This document shows positions 13,691-25,272 of a DNA stretch of 64,000 bases, piece by piece; the first letter of the stretch is position 1, and each line of letters begins with the position of its first letter. Both the position numbers and the translations under genes were made by a program. Source of the DNA: Octopus vulgaris (Eukaryota). The stretch covers positions 159,650,001 through 159,714,000 of the forward strand of contig OX597815.1 in the NCBI GenBank assembly GCA_951406725.2, in the 5' to 3' direction. Below the pieces are notes generated by a model, which saw nothing but the letters and a program-made list of their open reading frames with translations, was not told where the DNA came from and made no database searches.

Positions 13691-15737
13691 GCATTGATAT
13701 TCCAACGAGTTACATCACACTATGAAAAATATGAAAAGTACATGTAGTTTTATCCATAATAATAGGTTTATCATATCTCCCTGAGAAAGTGTATTTGTAA
13801 AATTTCACAACCAAATAGGCGTGTAGGGTATCATTGGATTTTGAAAACCCGTCCATACTGTATCACCAGTCAACATAGAGTGAATGTTAAATAGATTTGA
13901 ATGGGTTCATTCCCCTTGTAAGGAAATAGAAATAAGAAGGAAAGAGGAAGAAATCCAGTGATACCCTACACAAATCTGGGTGAAGTCAATTGCTACTGCA
14001 AAGATATTGCTGGCATTTTGCAGGAGGGTAATGGTCTTCCTTGGTCATGAGTGGACAGTCGTTGCCCATGCGTGTGTGTGTAACTGTTTGTATTGTATTT
14101 GTCCACCACCATTGCTTGACAACCAGTGTTTGTTTGTTTGCATCCCTGTAACTTAGTGGTTCAGCAAAAGAGTCCAGCAGAATAAATACAAGACATAAAA
14201 ATAAGTACTGGAGTTTATTTGTTCTACTAAACCTTTCAAATATGTGCCCCAGCATGGTCAGAGTACAGTGACTGAAACAAGTAAAAGAAAGGTGTTATTT
14301 AAAATTACCCCTAATTAAAAGCGGATATCATATTATGTTAAATATTAGCAAGAGAAAATACCATAATTTTGATCTATGTTAGTAAAAATTTTCAGGTAGG
14401 AAACACCTGTATCTCTAAGATGAATTCTTTATACATTTAATAACAGTTTTTAGCTTTCTTTACAAGGAAAAAATTCTGAACCAAGTTGTTTGGCCTCAGT
14501 GTCAGCCCTAATTGTGGTAACCTTTGATCAAATGAAGTCCATCTTTTTTGATTTTTTGTTTTGATACTGTATTTAAGACTATGTTATCCAATGTGTCCCT
14601 TTTTTGAGACAGCAAGGTATGATTTGAGGGAGTTTATCAGTTATTTCTAAATGATTGAGTAACTACATAGAGGCTCTCTCATTAGCTCATGATATGCTTG
14701 ACAGGCAAGATATGCTTGGATTAATTCTCATCATAGTTATTTTTACTCTTGAATTGGTCATTAAAATTATGATGAAGACGATGCTACAATTAATTATATC
14801 AATAATATGAGAGTTACCCTTACAAGAACATATTTTTGTTTCTGTTGTTGTATTTGTGTAAATTGATGAAATTTTTATAACTGAATTTGCCATAAAACAG
14901 AAAACATAAAAATGGGAAATTCAAATGAATCTAAAGCTTTTTAAAATTTCATAGTAATTTTCAGAAATTTCATAAGCTGGCCTCTGCTGCTTTCTGAAAT
15001 ATTTTTCTCATTTAAGCAAAATTTCTCCAAGAAATTTGGCTACTTGTAAAAGGATATATCGATTAAAAATTCATTTAAAATGGAATGGACTTGGAATGGT
15101 ACTCTTTGGCTTTCAAAAGAAATAAAATGAAATTAAATGGTTCATTTTTTTTTTAAATACTTGAAATGCAAATAAAATTTGATGAAAATGAATTTCAAAT
15201 TTAGCTGGTATTAAATATTTAGTTTTCCTGTTTTAATTGTTATAGAGTAAATTTCTAGTTGCCTGCTGTTTAAGAACCCACTGAGTATGTGTGAAAATTC
15301 ATCATTTTATGGACTTAAATTTGGTTTCTGTTCCTGAAGTGTTTGATTAAATCACTTACTTGCATGCTTGGCTCAATACCTCAGAAAAAAAAAAAACATT
15401 TGTAAATAATGTTAGAGCTTATGATATCTTGCTAAAAAAAAATTCATTGTTTCACTTTATTAGATGAATGTTAAGGTTGTCTAAAGTGGAAATAGTATTG
15501 TTAAAATGAAGACAGATATTTTCAAGTACTATATACATTCATGTAAACCTGGCAACTACTCTGCAAATACTAAATCTATGCTGAAGGCATTCTTTGGTAA
15601 GGTTTCCAAAGTCACAGAAACATTTGATTAGAAATCTTTAAGAGTATTTCTGTAATGTCTAGTGGATGCTCAGAACATTTTCAAAATTTCATGTATGATT
15701 TTCTACAAGAATGGTTTATTTTATTCAAATATTTTAA

Positions 15738-15957
15738 CCCTTTAGCACTTAAACCAGTCATATCCAGCCCAAATATTCTACCTGTTTAATGTTCAAAGTG
15801 GCCAGGTCTGTCCTCTCACACCTACCCTACAATCTCATTCTAAAAACAAACCATCACATCAGAAAAATCTTAAGGTTACAAGATAATTCATGATTAATTC
15901 AAAACAATGTGAATAAATAGGCATTACATTTGACAGAGGAATCTGAATACTTAAGGA
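15738..15957. mobile_element. piggyBac-type MITE
   Basis: TTAA|ccctttagca ... tacttaagga|TTAA; homologous copies at 58131-58360, ~40253-40473 and ~11418-11515. Confidence 0.65.
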
Positions 15958-16166
15958 TTAAAGCACATTTTGTGAACAGTAGTCATTAGTTGATGGTTAC
16001 CAATTTCTGAAAGCCAGTGTCAGTGCATTGCATTTATGTTGACAACAGAGACAGGAGGGCTGCATCTGTGAGACTAGTGTGAGGTAACTACCTCTAAATA
16101 ATTTTGTTTGACACACCAATTTGTCAGTTTTTTCATCAGTGTCCACATTTGTTTTACTAATATACT

Positions 16167-16953
16167 ATATGGTATCAAAAAGTTCCTGGAATAATTCTGT
16201 AGCACACCAACAGATGGCAGCGCATGGTTGCATGTGCTGAGGAAGCTAGCAGTGACATTCAAGAGGGGGTGTGCTGAGTGGCATCACTGTGTTTACTTTA
16301 CAAGTTGTGAATTTCTATTTTTGTGATCATATGGATGCAGGAGTGGCTGTGTGGTAAGTAGCTTGCTTACCAACCACATGGTTCCGAGTTCAGTCCCACT
16401 GTGTTGCACCTTGGGCAAGTGTCTTCTACTATATCCTTGGGCTGACCAAAGCCTTGAGTGGATTTGGTAGACAGAAACTGAAAGAAGCTCGTTGTATATA
16501 TGTATATATATATGTGTTTGTGTATCTGTGTTTGTCTCCCCAACATCGCTTGACAACCGATGCTGGTGTGTTTACATTCCCGTAACTTAGTGTTTCAGCA
16601 AAAGAGACTGATAGAATAAGTACTAGGCTTACAAAGAATAAGTCCTGGGGTTGATTTGCTCGACTAAAGGTGGTGCTCCAGCATGGCCGCGGTCAAATGA
16701 CTGAAACAAGTAAAAGAGTATATGTACACTGTAGTCTTCGATATTGTCATGGACAGGAACAAAGAGCCAATGTGAAATTTTGCGTTAAACTTGGGAAGTC
16801 TGCGAAAGAGACATTGAGCATGCTTTGGCAAGCTTACAGTGATGAGGGAATATGTTGTACACAATGTTTTGAATGGTATGAGCACTTCAAAAGCAGAAGG
16901 ACATCTGTAGAAGATGATGAGTGATTTGGAAGACCTGCCACGTGTGTCACCCT
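16167..16953 (+). mobile_element. 5' part of a mariner, interrupted by a SINE
   Basis: Starts ggtatcaaaaagttcctgga; transposase N-terminus EQRANVKFCVKLGKSAKETLSML...CFEWYEHFKSRRTSVEDDE at ~16748-16924. Confidence 0.8.
16334..16720 (+). mobile_element. Full-length SINE family A nested in a mariner
   Basis: gcaggagtggctgtgtggtaag...gttccgagttcagtccc...(TA/TG)n...gactgaaacaagtaaaagag. Confidence 0.85.
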
Positions 16954-19224
16954 TATAAATGTGGTATTATGCATTGAGAATTAGTACAATTACCTGTTTT
17001 GCTTAAAAAATCTTCCACAGGCATGCACACATTTCTATATGTAGATACATTGCCAACCTTGACTTGTGTGATGCCCTGTAGAATTGTAATGTGTATTCTT
17101 AACATGATGTATACTATTCTCATCAATCTGTAGGGTCTTAACCACATTAACTGACCAATTAATATATCATTCACTTATCTGGAACCAAGTCACAGCTTCT
17201 AGGCTTGACATCTCTTGTCTCTTCATATGTTTTCAAAATCTTTAAAATCTGGCCATTTTTAACACCATTTAGAATGATTTCTTTTTAGCTAACAGGATAT
17301 GGACAGTAAAGTTATTGATTGTAACTATGATCCACTAATTTCACATAAATTATTGATGCAAAATGGACTCCATCCTTTCCTTGAGAAATGACTGCAAAAA
17401 TAAATTTTTGCTTAGGAAGACTTGCATTGAAATGAAATAAATTATTTATTTCTAGTTTGATGAAGTAGCCTAGAATAGTTAAGCTTGCCAAGCTGTTTTT
17501 CCCTGGTTTCTATTTTTACAGACAATTCCAATTTAGATACTGTAGAACATTTAATTTCTTCCTTCTGGGATGACAATATTGCTGTCATTCTTTATTAAGA
17601 TATTAATCAGCATTAACCACTCTTGTTAAGATTTAAATATATTATTTAAAAAAATTACAGAACATTACAAGTATTTTGAATGCAAATAAAATGTTAAAAT
17701 TTGTTATATTGAATTTCATTTCCACTTATTCAGTATCATTACTAAAGTTAATCTTTCTGAGCTATAATGAATGGGGAATTCATATGGCCTTGTGGTCAGG
17801 GTATTGCACTCATGACCATTGTGGTTTCAATCCTTGGACTAGGTAATGCAGTGTTTTTGTGTGAAGTACTACATTTCACGTTGTTCCAGTGCACCCAGTT
17901 AAAATGAGTATCTCTAGCACCAGGAGATAAATCCTGCAATGGAAAAATTTGTGAGATTTATTGTCAACTAGCAGCACTCAGAGAAATTCTGCAGGTTATT
18001 TCAAAAACTGAGACTGTTGGGAGTTATGCAGAGAACCAGGAAACACATGGTTTCTTTTGAAATTATATTTTTTCCGAAACATTTGATTCATGTGATGATA
18101 GTGTAAAGTCCACATATGTAATACTCTGAAGGTGCAATCTTAAAAGAGAACATCTTTGAAGACTACATTCTTTGTTATATACTTGTCACCTCTTCTGCTT
18201 TGAGAGTCGTTATTGATTATTTTTATCTTTACATCAGGAATTATACCATCATATCTAATGGAATGAAATCTTTGATGTAATTGGTTGTACCTCCTTCAGG
18301 GTTGACTGTATATCTGTGCAGGCATGGCTGTGTGGTAAGAAGTCTGTTTCTCAGCCACATAGTTCTGGGTCCATTCCCATTGCGTAGCACCTTGGACAAG
18401 TGTCTTCTACTAAAGTCTCAGACTGATCAAAGCCTTGTGAGTGAATTTAGTAGACAGAAACTGAAAGAAGCCTGTTGTGTATGTGTATGTGTTTGTTTTA
18501 AATGTTTGTTCCCTACCACTGCTTTATAACTATTGTTGGTTTGTTTATGTCCCAATAACTTATCAGTTTGGCAAAAGTACTGCATAAGTACTAGGAATAA
18601 AAAATAAAGATGCTGGTTGATTTGTCTAACTAAATTCTTCAAGACAGTGCCCCAGCATGGCCACAGTCAAATGACTGAACAAGTAAAAGATAAAAAAACT
18701 AAGCAAGATATATTTTGTTGCTAATTAGCAGTGGCCCAGGCATGCAACTCTCTTTTCTGCTCAACACTCTGATATGGTCCAACATAGCTTTGCCCTAGTG
18801 TCATTGCAGTTAGAATGCAAAAGTGTTGGAATAAATACTGCAAGGTGTCTTTTGTTGTCTGCTAATGGTTCCACCAATCCACTAAAGTGGTTTTACCTTT
18901 TACCGTTTTACTTGTTTCAGTCTTTGGACTGTGGCCATGTTGGTGCACCACTTTGAAGAGTGCAGTCGAGCAAACTGACCCCAGCTCTTACCTTTTAAAG
19001 CCTACTACTTATTCATTTTTGCTGAACTGCTAAGTTATAGAGATATAAACAAACCAGCATCGGATGTCAAGTGGTTGTGGTGGTGGTGGACAAATACAAA
19101 CACACTCATATAGATGCATACACGCATGCACACACATACACACACATATATCTGTTTGTCTGTCTGTATGTCTCTCTCTCTCTCTCTCTCCACATATATA
19201 TAAATAAAGTGTAAAGACACACTC

Positions 19225-19515
19225 CATTCATGAATAACCATGAGATTGCACCTAGAAAGTTCCCCTCCAAGGAACAAGTTCAAGCAAGGTTGTTTATGGA
19301 AGACCAGCAGTTGCCCATGCATACCAGCCTTCTGTCTCCATGCCAGTGATGCTATCCAAGGAAAAGGCAAAGGTTGATACAGCTTGTTACTAGTGATGTC
19401 ACAGCTTAATTTTAACAGCCGACTGAACTGGAACAACATGAAATAAAGTGTCCGAACTCTCTATCTCATGATTGTAAGCCTGATGCTCTATCCACTCAAC
19501 CATGCACCTTCTCCA
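19225..19515 (-). mobile_element. tRNA-derived SINE family E
   Basis: Reverse complement of 33785-34130. Other copies at about 17775-17910, 25950-26065, 27680-27997(-) and 50540-50760(-). Confidence 0.65.
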
Positions 19516-19999
19516 CGCACAAAGAAACAAACATGAACACATACATACATAAATGTATATATATATATAGAAAGAGAGAGTGAGAGAAAGAGACAGACGG
19601 AGAGCCTTAAGCATGGACATATATATATATATATAAATATATATGTCCCCACATGAGGCTTTGGTTGGCCTGGGCCTATAGTGGAAGACAGGTGGCTGAA
19701 GGTGCCATGTAGAGGGACTGAACCCAAACCACATGGTTGGGAAGCATGCTTCTAATCCTGAAATGATGAAAAGCAAAGCTGGTCTTAGTATGATTTAAGC
19801 TCAAATATTAGGGAGTCAGAAGGTAATCATAATATTATTCTGTTCTGTACCGACAATGCTTTAACAAATCCTAATATACTGTCCTGCAAACATGTTTTAA
19901 TATTTGTGGAACTGTACATATATTTGCACTTGAACCCATTGTCCTTGTGAATGAACTATAGAAGGTGCCTCTTAGAGCTGTGGTACAATATATATATAG

Positions 20000-21331
20000 T
20001 GTTACGGGTTTAACTAGTGCAGTGTTTCTGACCCACATAGGAATAATGGCACCATCATGTCTGGTGAAAATGTGACAGTCTTTTGTCTAATGGAGGACTA
20101 ATGGGTTTTGGAATGACCTGTGACCTTGTGCGGGTGAATTAGGGGTCGCTCTGGACACCCCTTGAATATGTCGTGAGAGAGGATGAGGGGGCAGAGAGGG
20201 ACAGGCAGAGAGTATGGTAGAACTGTCAGGAGAGGGTAAGGGACAGTAGGCGATAGCGATAGAGTAAGAGCAGAGGGCAAATAGAAAGGATAAGCAGTAA
20301 GGGACAGATTGAGGATATAGATAGAGTATAGGGACCAGGGCAGTTAGAGAGGGTGTGAGCGGTACAGAGGGAGATGAGGGAGTGGAAGAAGGACAGAGAC
20401 GAAGTGAGGTCTTGGCAGTCGTTGAGCGGTCGTCGAAGAACACAGACGGATCTTGGAGTCGCTGGCCGGTCCTCGAAGAAGACAGTCGGATCCTGGAAGT
20501 CAGAGCGAGTAGATGGAATCTTAGAGGCGTTGGAATCTTAGCGAGCAAGCTGGGATGCGAGAAAGCTTGGCGGCACAGAAGGGATATGTACAGAGGATTT
20601 AGCAGTATTGAGAGGAATGGGACACTGGCGATTCAATTAGGAATTGAGGTATGTGTTGTGCATTGATATGTCTCACGGTGCATTGAACAGTGAAGAGAAC
20701 AGTCAAGGACTCTGTCGATATGTCGATTATCGAGTTGTGGTATTTATGTTCAGAATTGAGTAAAGGACTTGTTGATGTGACTTTATCTGTGATGTTTAGG
20801 AAGAGACTTTAGAGAACTGTTGTCTTCGGACGTGAACTTTAAATTGTACTCTTGAATTGCTGTTGTATTATGCTTTGATCTGTTGTATGATGTATTGAGT
20901 AGTCACGTGCATGTCTTCCTTTAAATGTCTGCCTTAAATGTATTTGATGTTGTAACCATTGATTGTCGTATAAAGTAGCTGTTGAATATATAAGCCAGTG
21001 TCTCTGTTGCCTTGCCTCTCTTTGGGTTGTATCTCGGGTTGTGCCTCTGTATCTCTGTGCTGTTGAGGTTGTGGCAGTATCTATCTGTATCTCCTCTCTC
21101 CGCTTCTTTGGGTTCCGTGGCGGAACTTGTGTGAGCCGTTCGGGACGGGCGACTACGGGTGATTCCGTAGCAACTGGTGTCAGAAGTGGGATTGTCCTGA
21201 TTGCTGCGGTTGTGGCTGTTGTTGTAACTCTCCTCTCTCCTCTCCGACGAGTTTACGTGGCGGGAGCATTCGCTGATCGAATCGGGCCTGTCTGAGGGAT
21301 TCCGTACAGCTTTCGGAGGTCCCCGTTTCGT

Positions 21332-21335
<4 letters not shown>
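20000..21335. mobile_element. Probable solo LTR of an LTR retrotransposon
   Basis: Termini TGTTACG...CGTAACA (TG..CA with 7-bp inverted ends); 1,336 bp; more GC- and CpG-rich than the flanks; TATA-like tatataag at ~20986; sits in (TA)n; no recognisable coding domain; no clean TSD. Confidence 0.6.
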
Positions 21336-21392
<57 letters not shown>

Positions 21393-21581
21393 CTATACAT
21401 ACACACACACACACACATGCACTCCTGCACCTATATATTTATATATACATGCACATACACTCTCAATCATATATTTATAGATATAAATATGTATATGCAT
21501 ATAGGTGTTTGCGTACACACACACACACAATACTTTGATTATTATATATTCAAGTATTATATATAGTATATATAATGCTTC

Positions 21582-21614
<33 letters not shown>

Positions 21615-21643
21615 ATACAATATGTTACATTACTCGGTAGTCA

Positions 21644-21706
21644 AGATAAAACTCTGAGTTTCAGATGCCGAAGTGGAAATCCACAACACCATCTCTTCGG
21701 TTATCT
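21644..21706 (-). ncRNA. Type-I hammerhead ribozyme in the PLE 3' UTR (inverted copy)
   Basis: Reverse complement of 25210-25272. Confidence 0.65.
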
Positions 21707-21900
21707 GGCTATTTGAAAACGTTATGAAAAAATACCGTTAAAAATGAAGGGAAATTACTCTGTTATAACTCTGCTTTGCCTGCGTACTTATACATCGCTC
21801 GCATTTTTCGTCATAAAAATTATATAAAAATACATAAAAATATATAAAAATATATAAAAATATATAAAATCTTCTTGGGACATAACACAGAAAGCATGTT

Positions 21901-23295
21901 CTATCCGTTTTCTTTAGGGGACCAAAAACGTAACAGAAATTTAGTCACATGTGGGCATGATCCGAAAAGCTCTGTCCTTGTATTTAGACATGTGGTAGGG
22001 TCTAAGCTGCTTTTCCAGATAAGCCATCTCTCCATGTCGCATAAACCGCACCTTCCACTGCCGTTAGTATAGGGCTTACATCTGGCCAAAATCTTCCATT
22101 GTATGTTATAATCGACACCTTTATCTCTTAAAGACCAAATATGATTGGATAATTGTGTCGCTTTTCTTTTGTTCCAGTGCCTAAAGCTCAAAGTGTGGTT
22201 ATTGAACCTGGCCTTGAAATTACCCTCTGTCAGGCCCACGTATTTCTTCGTCGAAACGGTGTCTTTAGTGGTTATAGAGTTTACGGTAGCTTCATATATG
22301 ATGGTCTTGGACATGCAAGCTCCATTTAGCGGGCACAATTCTTTATTCCTGCATGAACAGCTGTTTTCTTCTTGTGTTTTTTGTATGTTATGATTGATTA
22401 TGTTTTTAAAATTGGTAGTTGAACTAAAACTAATTTTTAAATTGTGTCTATTGAAGAGTTTCCTATAAGCATGGTTAACTGGAAAATGTCTATCTATCAG
22501 TGCTAGGAAATATTTACCTATATTGAAGGCCACCTCGGGTGAGTAAGGGGGCGTAAACCAGATGACCTTCCTATTTCTATTATTCCTTTTCCTTATTGTT
22601 GGGCTGGTGATAGGTGTATATTTTATTTTTTCGCTAAAACCACTATCTTTTAAAGCTTTATTATAAACTGGGGCAACGCTATTGAAGATGTCCTCATTAG
22701 ATGAGAGGCTAGAAATCCTCTTACTAATATTTTTAACTAAATTTTTGAATACTATAGGGGGATGGCATGAACCTACATTAATATAACTTAGTCTATCATT
22801 GGGCTTCCTATAAGGCTTATAAATATTATTATTAAGATCTAAGGAAACGTCTAAGAAATTGACAACCGTCAGGTTAGTGTCTATAGTTATACTAAGTCCG
22901 AAGTGTTTCATTAACTGGATAATATCCTTCCTAAAACGATCTTGTGCTGGTCCATTTGTATTAGCTGTTAAGGCGAGGGCATCATCTTTGTAGATGGCGA
23001 AATGTACGTTAGGGAATGTCTTACTGAAGGTATCTAGGAGAAAGAGTCCAATTAGATCACAGATGCCTGCCCCATCATATGAACCCATGCTCACATCGAA
23101 AGCGCCCTCCGTGTCGGTGTTTTTTACCCACTTTGCATTCTCACTGAAAAGTAATGTCTTTCTAGCATGGAAGATTATATCCTTATCATTGGTACTAATT
23201 TCTATGAAGTCACTAGCGAAGATTAGGGCTTTATCTAGCAGTTCTTTAGAGATAGAGGCATAAAAATCAACAATATCGAATTGTGTAAACCTCAT
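21901..23295 (-). CDS. PLE RT-GIY-YIG, N-truncated inverted copy (464 aa)
   Basis: FDIVDFYASI, MGSYDG, YKDD, NFLDV, CSCRNKELC, IIY...YVG...R..E..N; the ATG is created by the inversion junction. Confidence 0.85.
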   Translation of the reverse strand: MRFTQFDIVDFYASISKELLDKALIFASDFIEISTNDKDIIFHARKTLLFSENAKWVKNTDTEGAFDVSMGSYDGAGICDLIGLFLLDTFSKTFPNVHFAIYKDDALALTANTNGPAQDRFRKDIIQLMKHFGLSITIDTNLTVVNFLDVSLDLNNNIYKPYRKPNDRLSYINVGSCHPPIVFKNLVKNISKRISSLSSNEDIFNSVAPVYNKALKDSGFSEKIKYTPITSPTIRKRNNRNRKVIWFTPPYSPEVAFNIGKYFLALIDRHFPVNHAYRKLFNRHNLKISFSSTTNFKNIINHNIQKTQEENSCSCRNKELCPLNGACMSKTIIYEATVNSITTKDTVSTKKYVGLTEGNFKARFNNHTLSFRHWNKRKATQLSNHIWSLRDKGVDYNIQWKILARCKPYTNGSGRCGLCDMERWLIWKSSLDPTTCLNTRTELFGSCPHVTKFLLRFWSPKENG

Positions 23296-25015
23296 TAATA
23301 ATTATACTAAGGCTAGGGCACAGACATATAACGAAATTAATAAAGAAGCTAGCGTCATCGCCGCTAAACTTAAATTAGATAAAAAAATAGAAACTCTCCC
23401 CCAAAAAGAGGCCTTTATTACTATTAAAGACCACAAAGAAAACTTCCTTTCCAACCCTAAATGTAGGCTTATCAACCCAGCCAAGTCAGAACTAGGGATT
23501 ATTAGCAAAGAAATTTTAGATAAAATAAATACGAAAATTAAGACCGATACTAGGCTAGTGCAATGGTCCAATAGTATAGAAGTCGTAGACTGGTTTAAAG
23601 CTATTAAGAATAAGAAAAAAGCGAGGTTTACACAATTCGATATTGTTGATTTTTATGCCTCTATCTCTAAAGAACTGCTAGATAAAGCCCTAATCTTCGC
23701 TAGTGACTTCATAGAAATTAGTACCAATGATAAGGATATAATCTTCCATGCTAGAAAGACATTACTTTTCAGTGAGAATGCAAAGTGGGTAAAAAACACC
23801 GACACGGAGGGCGCTTTCGATGTGAGCATGGGTTCATATGATGGGGCAGGCATCTGTGATCTAATTGGACTCTTTCTCCTAGATACCTTCAGTAAGACAT
23901 TCCCTAACGTACATTTCGCCATCTACAAAGATGATGCCCTCGCCTTAACAGCTAATACAAATGGACCAGCACAAGATCGTTTTAGGAAGGATATTATCCA
24001 GTTAATGAAACACTTCGGACTTAGTATAACTATAGACACTAACCTGACGGTTGTCAATTTCTTAGACGTTTCCTTAGATCTTAATAATAATATTTATAAG
24101 CCTTATAGGAAGCCCAATGATAGACTAAGTTATATTAATGTAGGTTCATGCCATCCCCCTATAGTATTCAAAAATTTAGTTAAAAATATTAGTAAGAGGA
24201 TTTCTAGCCTCTCATCTAATGAGGACATCTTCAATAGCGTTGCCCCAGTTTATAATAAAGCTTTAAAAGATAGTGGTTTTAGCGAAAAAATAAAATATAC
24301 ACCTATCACCAGCCCAACAATAAGGAAAAGGAATAATAGAAATAGGAAGGTCATCTGGTTTACGCCCCCTTACTCACCCGAGGTGGCCTTCAATATAGGT
24401 AAATATTTCCTAGCACTGATAGATAGACATTTTCCAGTTAACCATGCTTATAGGAAACTCTTCAATAGACACAATTTAAAAATTAGTTTTAGTTCAACTA
24501 CCAATTTTAAAAACATAATCAATCATAACATACAAAAAACACAAGAAGAAAACAGCTGTTCATGCAGGAATAAAGAATTGTGCCCGCTAAATGGAGCTTG
24601 CATGTCCAAGACCATCATATATGAAGCTACCGTAAACTCTATAACCACTAAAGACACCGTTTCGACGAAGAAATACGTGGGCCTGACAGAGGGTAATTTC
24701 AAGGCCAGGTTCAATAACCACACTTTGAGCTTTAGGCACTGGAACAAAAGAAAAGCGACACAATTATCCAATCATATTTGGTCTTTAAGAGATAAAGGTG
24801 TCAATTATAACATACAATGGAAGATTTTGGCCAGATGTAAGCCCTATACTAACGGCAGCGGAAGGTGCGGTTTATGCGACATGGAGAGATGGCTTATCTG
24901 GAAAAGCAGCTTAGACCCTACCACATGTCTAAATACAAGGACAGAGCTTTTCGGATCATGCCCACATGTGACTAAATTTCTGTTACGTTTTTGGTCCCCT
25001 AAAGAAAACGGATAG
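23294..25015 (+). CDS. PLE reverse transcriptase + GIY-YIG endonuclease, 5'-truncated, uninterrupted frame
   Basis: The frame is open for 88 codons upstream of the tracked GTG at 23558 (…FITIKDHKENFLSNPKCRLINPAKSELG…, RT motifs 1-2). It then has FDIVDFY, MGS, YKDD, FLD, thumb YKPYRKP..YI...SCHP, a CxCx5C linker, GIY-YIG (IIY/YVG) and CGLC. Confidence 0.92.
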   Translation: MNNYTKARAQTYNEINKEASVIAAKLKLDKKIETLPQKEAFITIKDHKENFLSNPKCRLINPAKSELGIISKEILDKINTKIKTDTRLVQWSNSIEVVDWFKAIKNKKKARFTQFDIVDFYASISKELLDKALIFASDFIEISTNDKDIIFHARKTLLFSENAKWVKNTDTEGAFDVSMGSYDGAGICDLIGLFLLDTFSKTFPNVHFAIYKDDALALTANTNGPAQDRFRKDIIQLMKHFGLSITIDTNLTVVNFLDVSLDLNNNIYKPYRKPNDRLSYINVGSCHPPIVFKNLVKNISKRISSLSSNEDIFNSVAPVYNKALKDSGFSEKIKYTPITSPTIRKRNNRNRKVIWFTPPYSPEVAFNIGKYFLALIDRHFPVNHAYRKLFNRHNLKISFSSTTNFKNIINHNIQKTQEENSCSCRNKELCPLNGACMSKTIIYEATVNSITTKDTVSTKKYVGLTEGNFKARFNNHTLSFRHWNKRKATQLSNHIWSLRDKGVNYNIQWKILARCKPYTNGSGRCGLCDMERWLIWKSSLDPTTCLNTRTELFGSCPHVTKFLLRFWSPKENG

Positions 25016-25209
25016 AACATGCTTTCTGTGTTATGTCCCAAGAAGATTTTATATATTTTTATATATTTTTATATATTTTTATGTATTTTTATATAATTTT
25101 TATGACGAAAAATGCGAGCGATGTATAAGTACGCAGGCAAAGCAGAGTTATAACAGAGTAATTTCCCTTCATTTTTAACGGTATTTTTTCATAACGTTTT
25201 CAAATAGCC

Positions 25210-25272
25210 AGATAACCGAAGAGATGGTGTTGTGGATTTCCACTTCGGCATCTGAAACTCAGAGTTTTATCT
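25210..25272 (+). ncRNA. Type-I hammerhead ribozyme in the PLE 3' UTR / pseudo-LTR
   Basis: Stem I agataa/ttatct; core CCGAAGA; stem II gatg...catc with inner gtgga/tccac; extra U; GAAA; quasi-palindromic stem III actcagagt; predicted GUU cleavage after 25266. Confidence 0.65.

Noticed and set aside
17939-18000. ATG plus CAG|GT as a possible first exon
   Set aside because: In-frame stop before the donor, and the donor is weak.
20087-21430. ORFs within the LTR-like element as gag or env
   Set aside because: Low-complexity, overlapping on both strands, and no CCHC, protease or RT motifs.
21875-25041. Short antisense ORFs duplicated in both PLE arms
   Set aside because: Shadows of the RT-EN frame, duplicated only because of the inversion.
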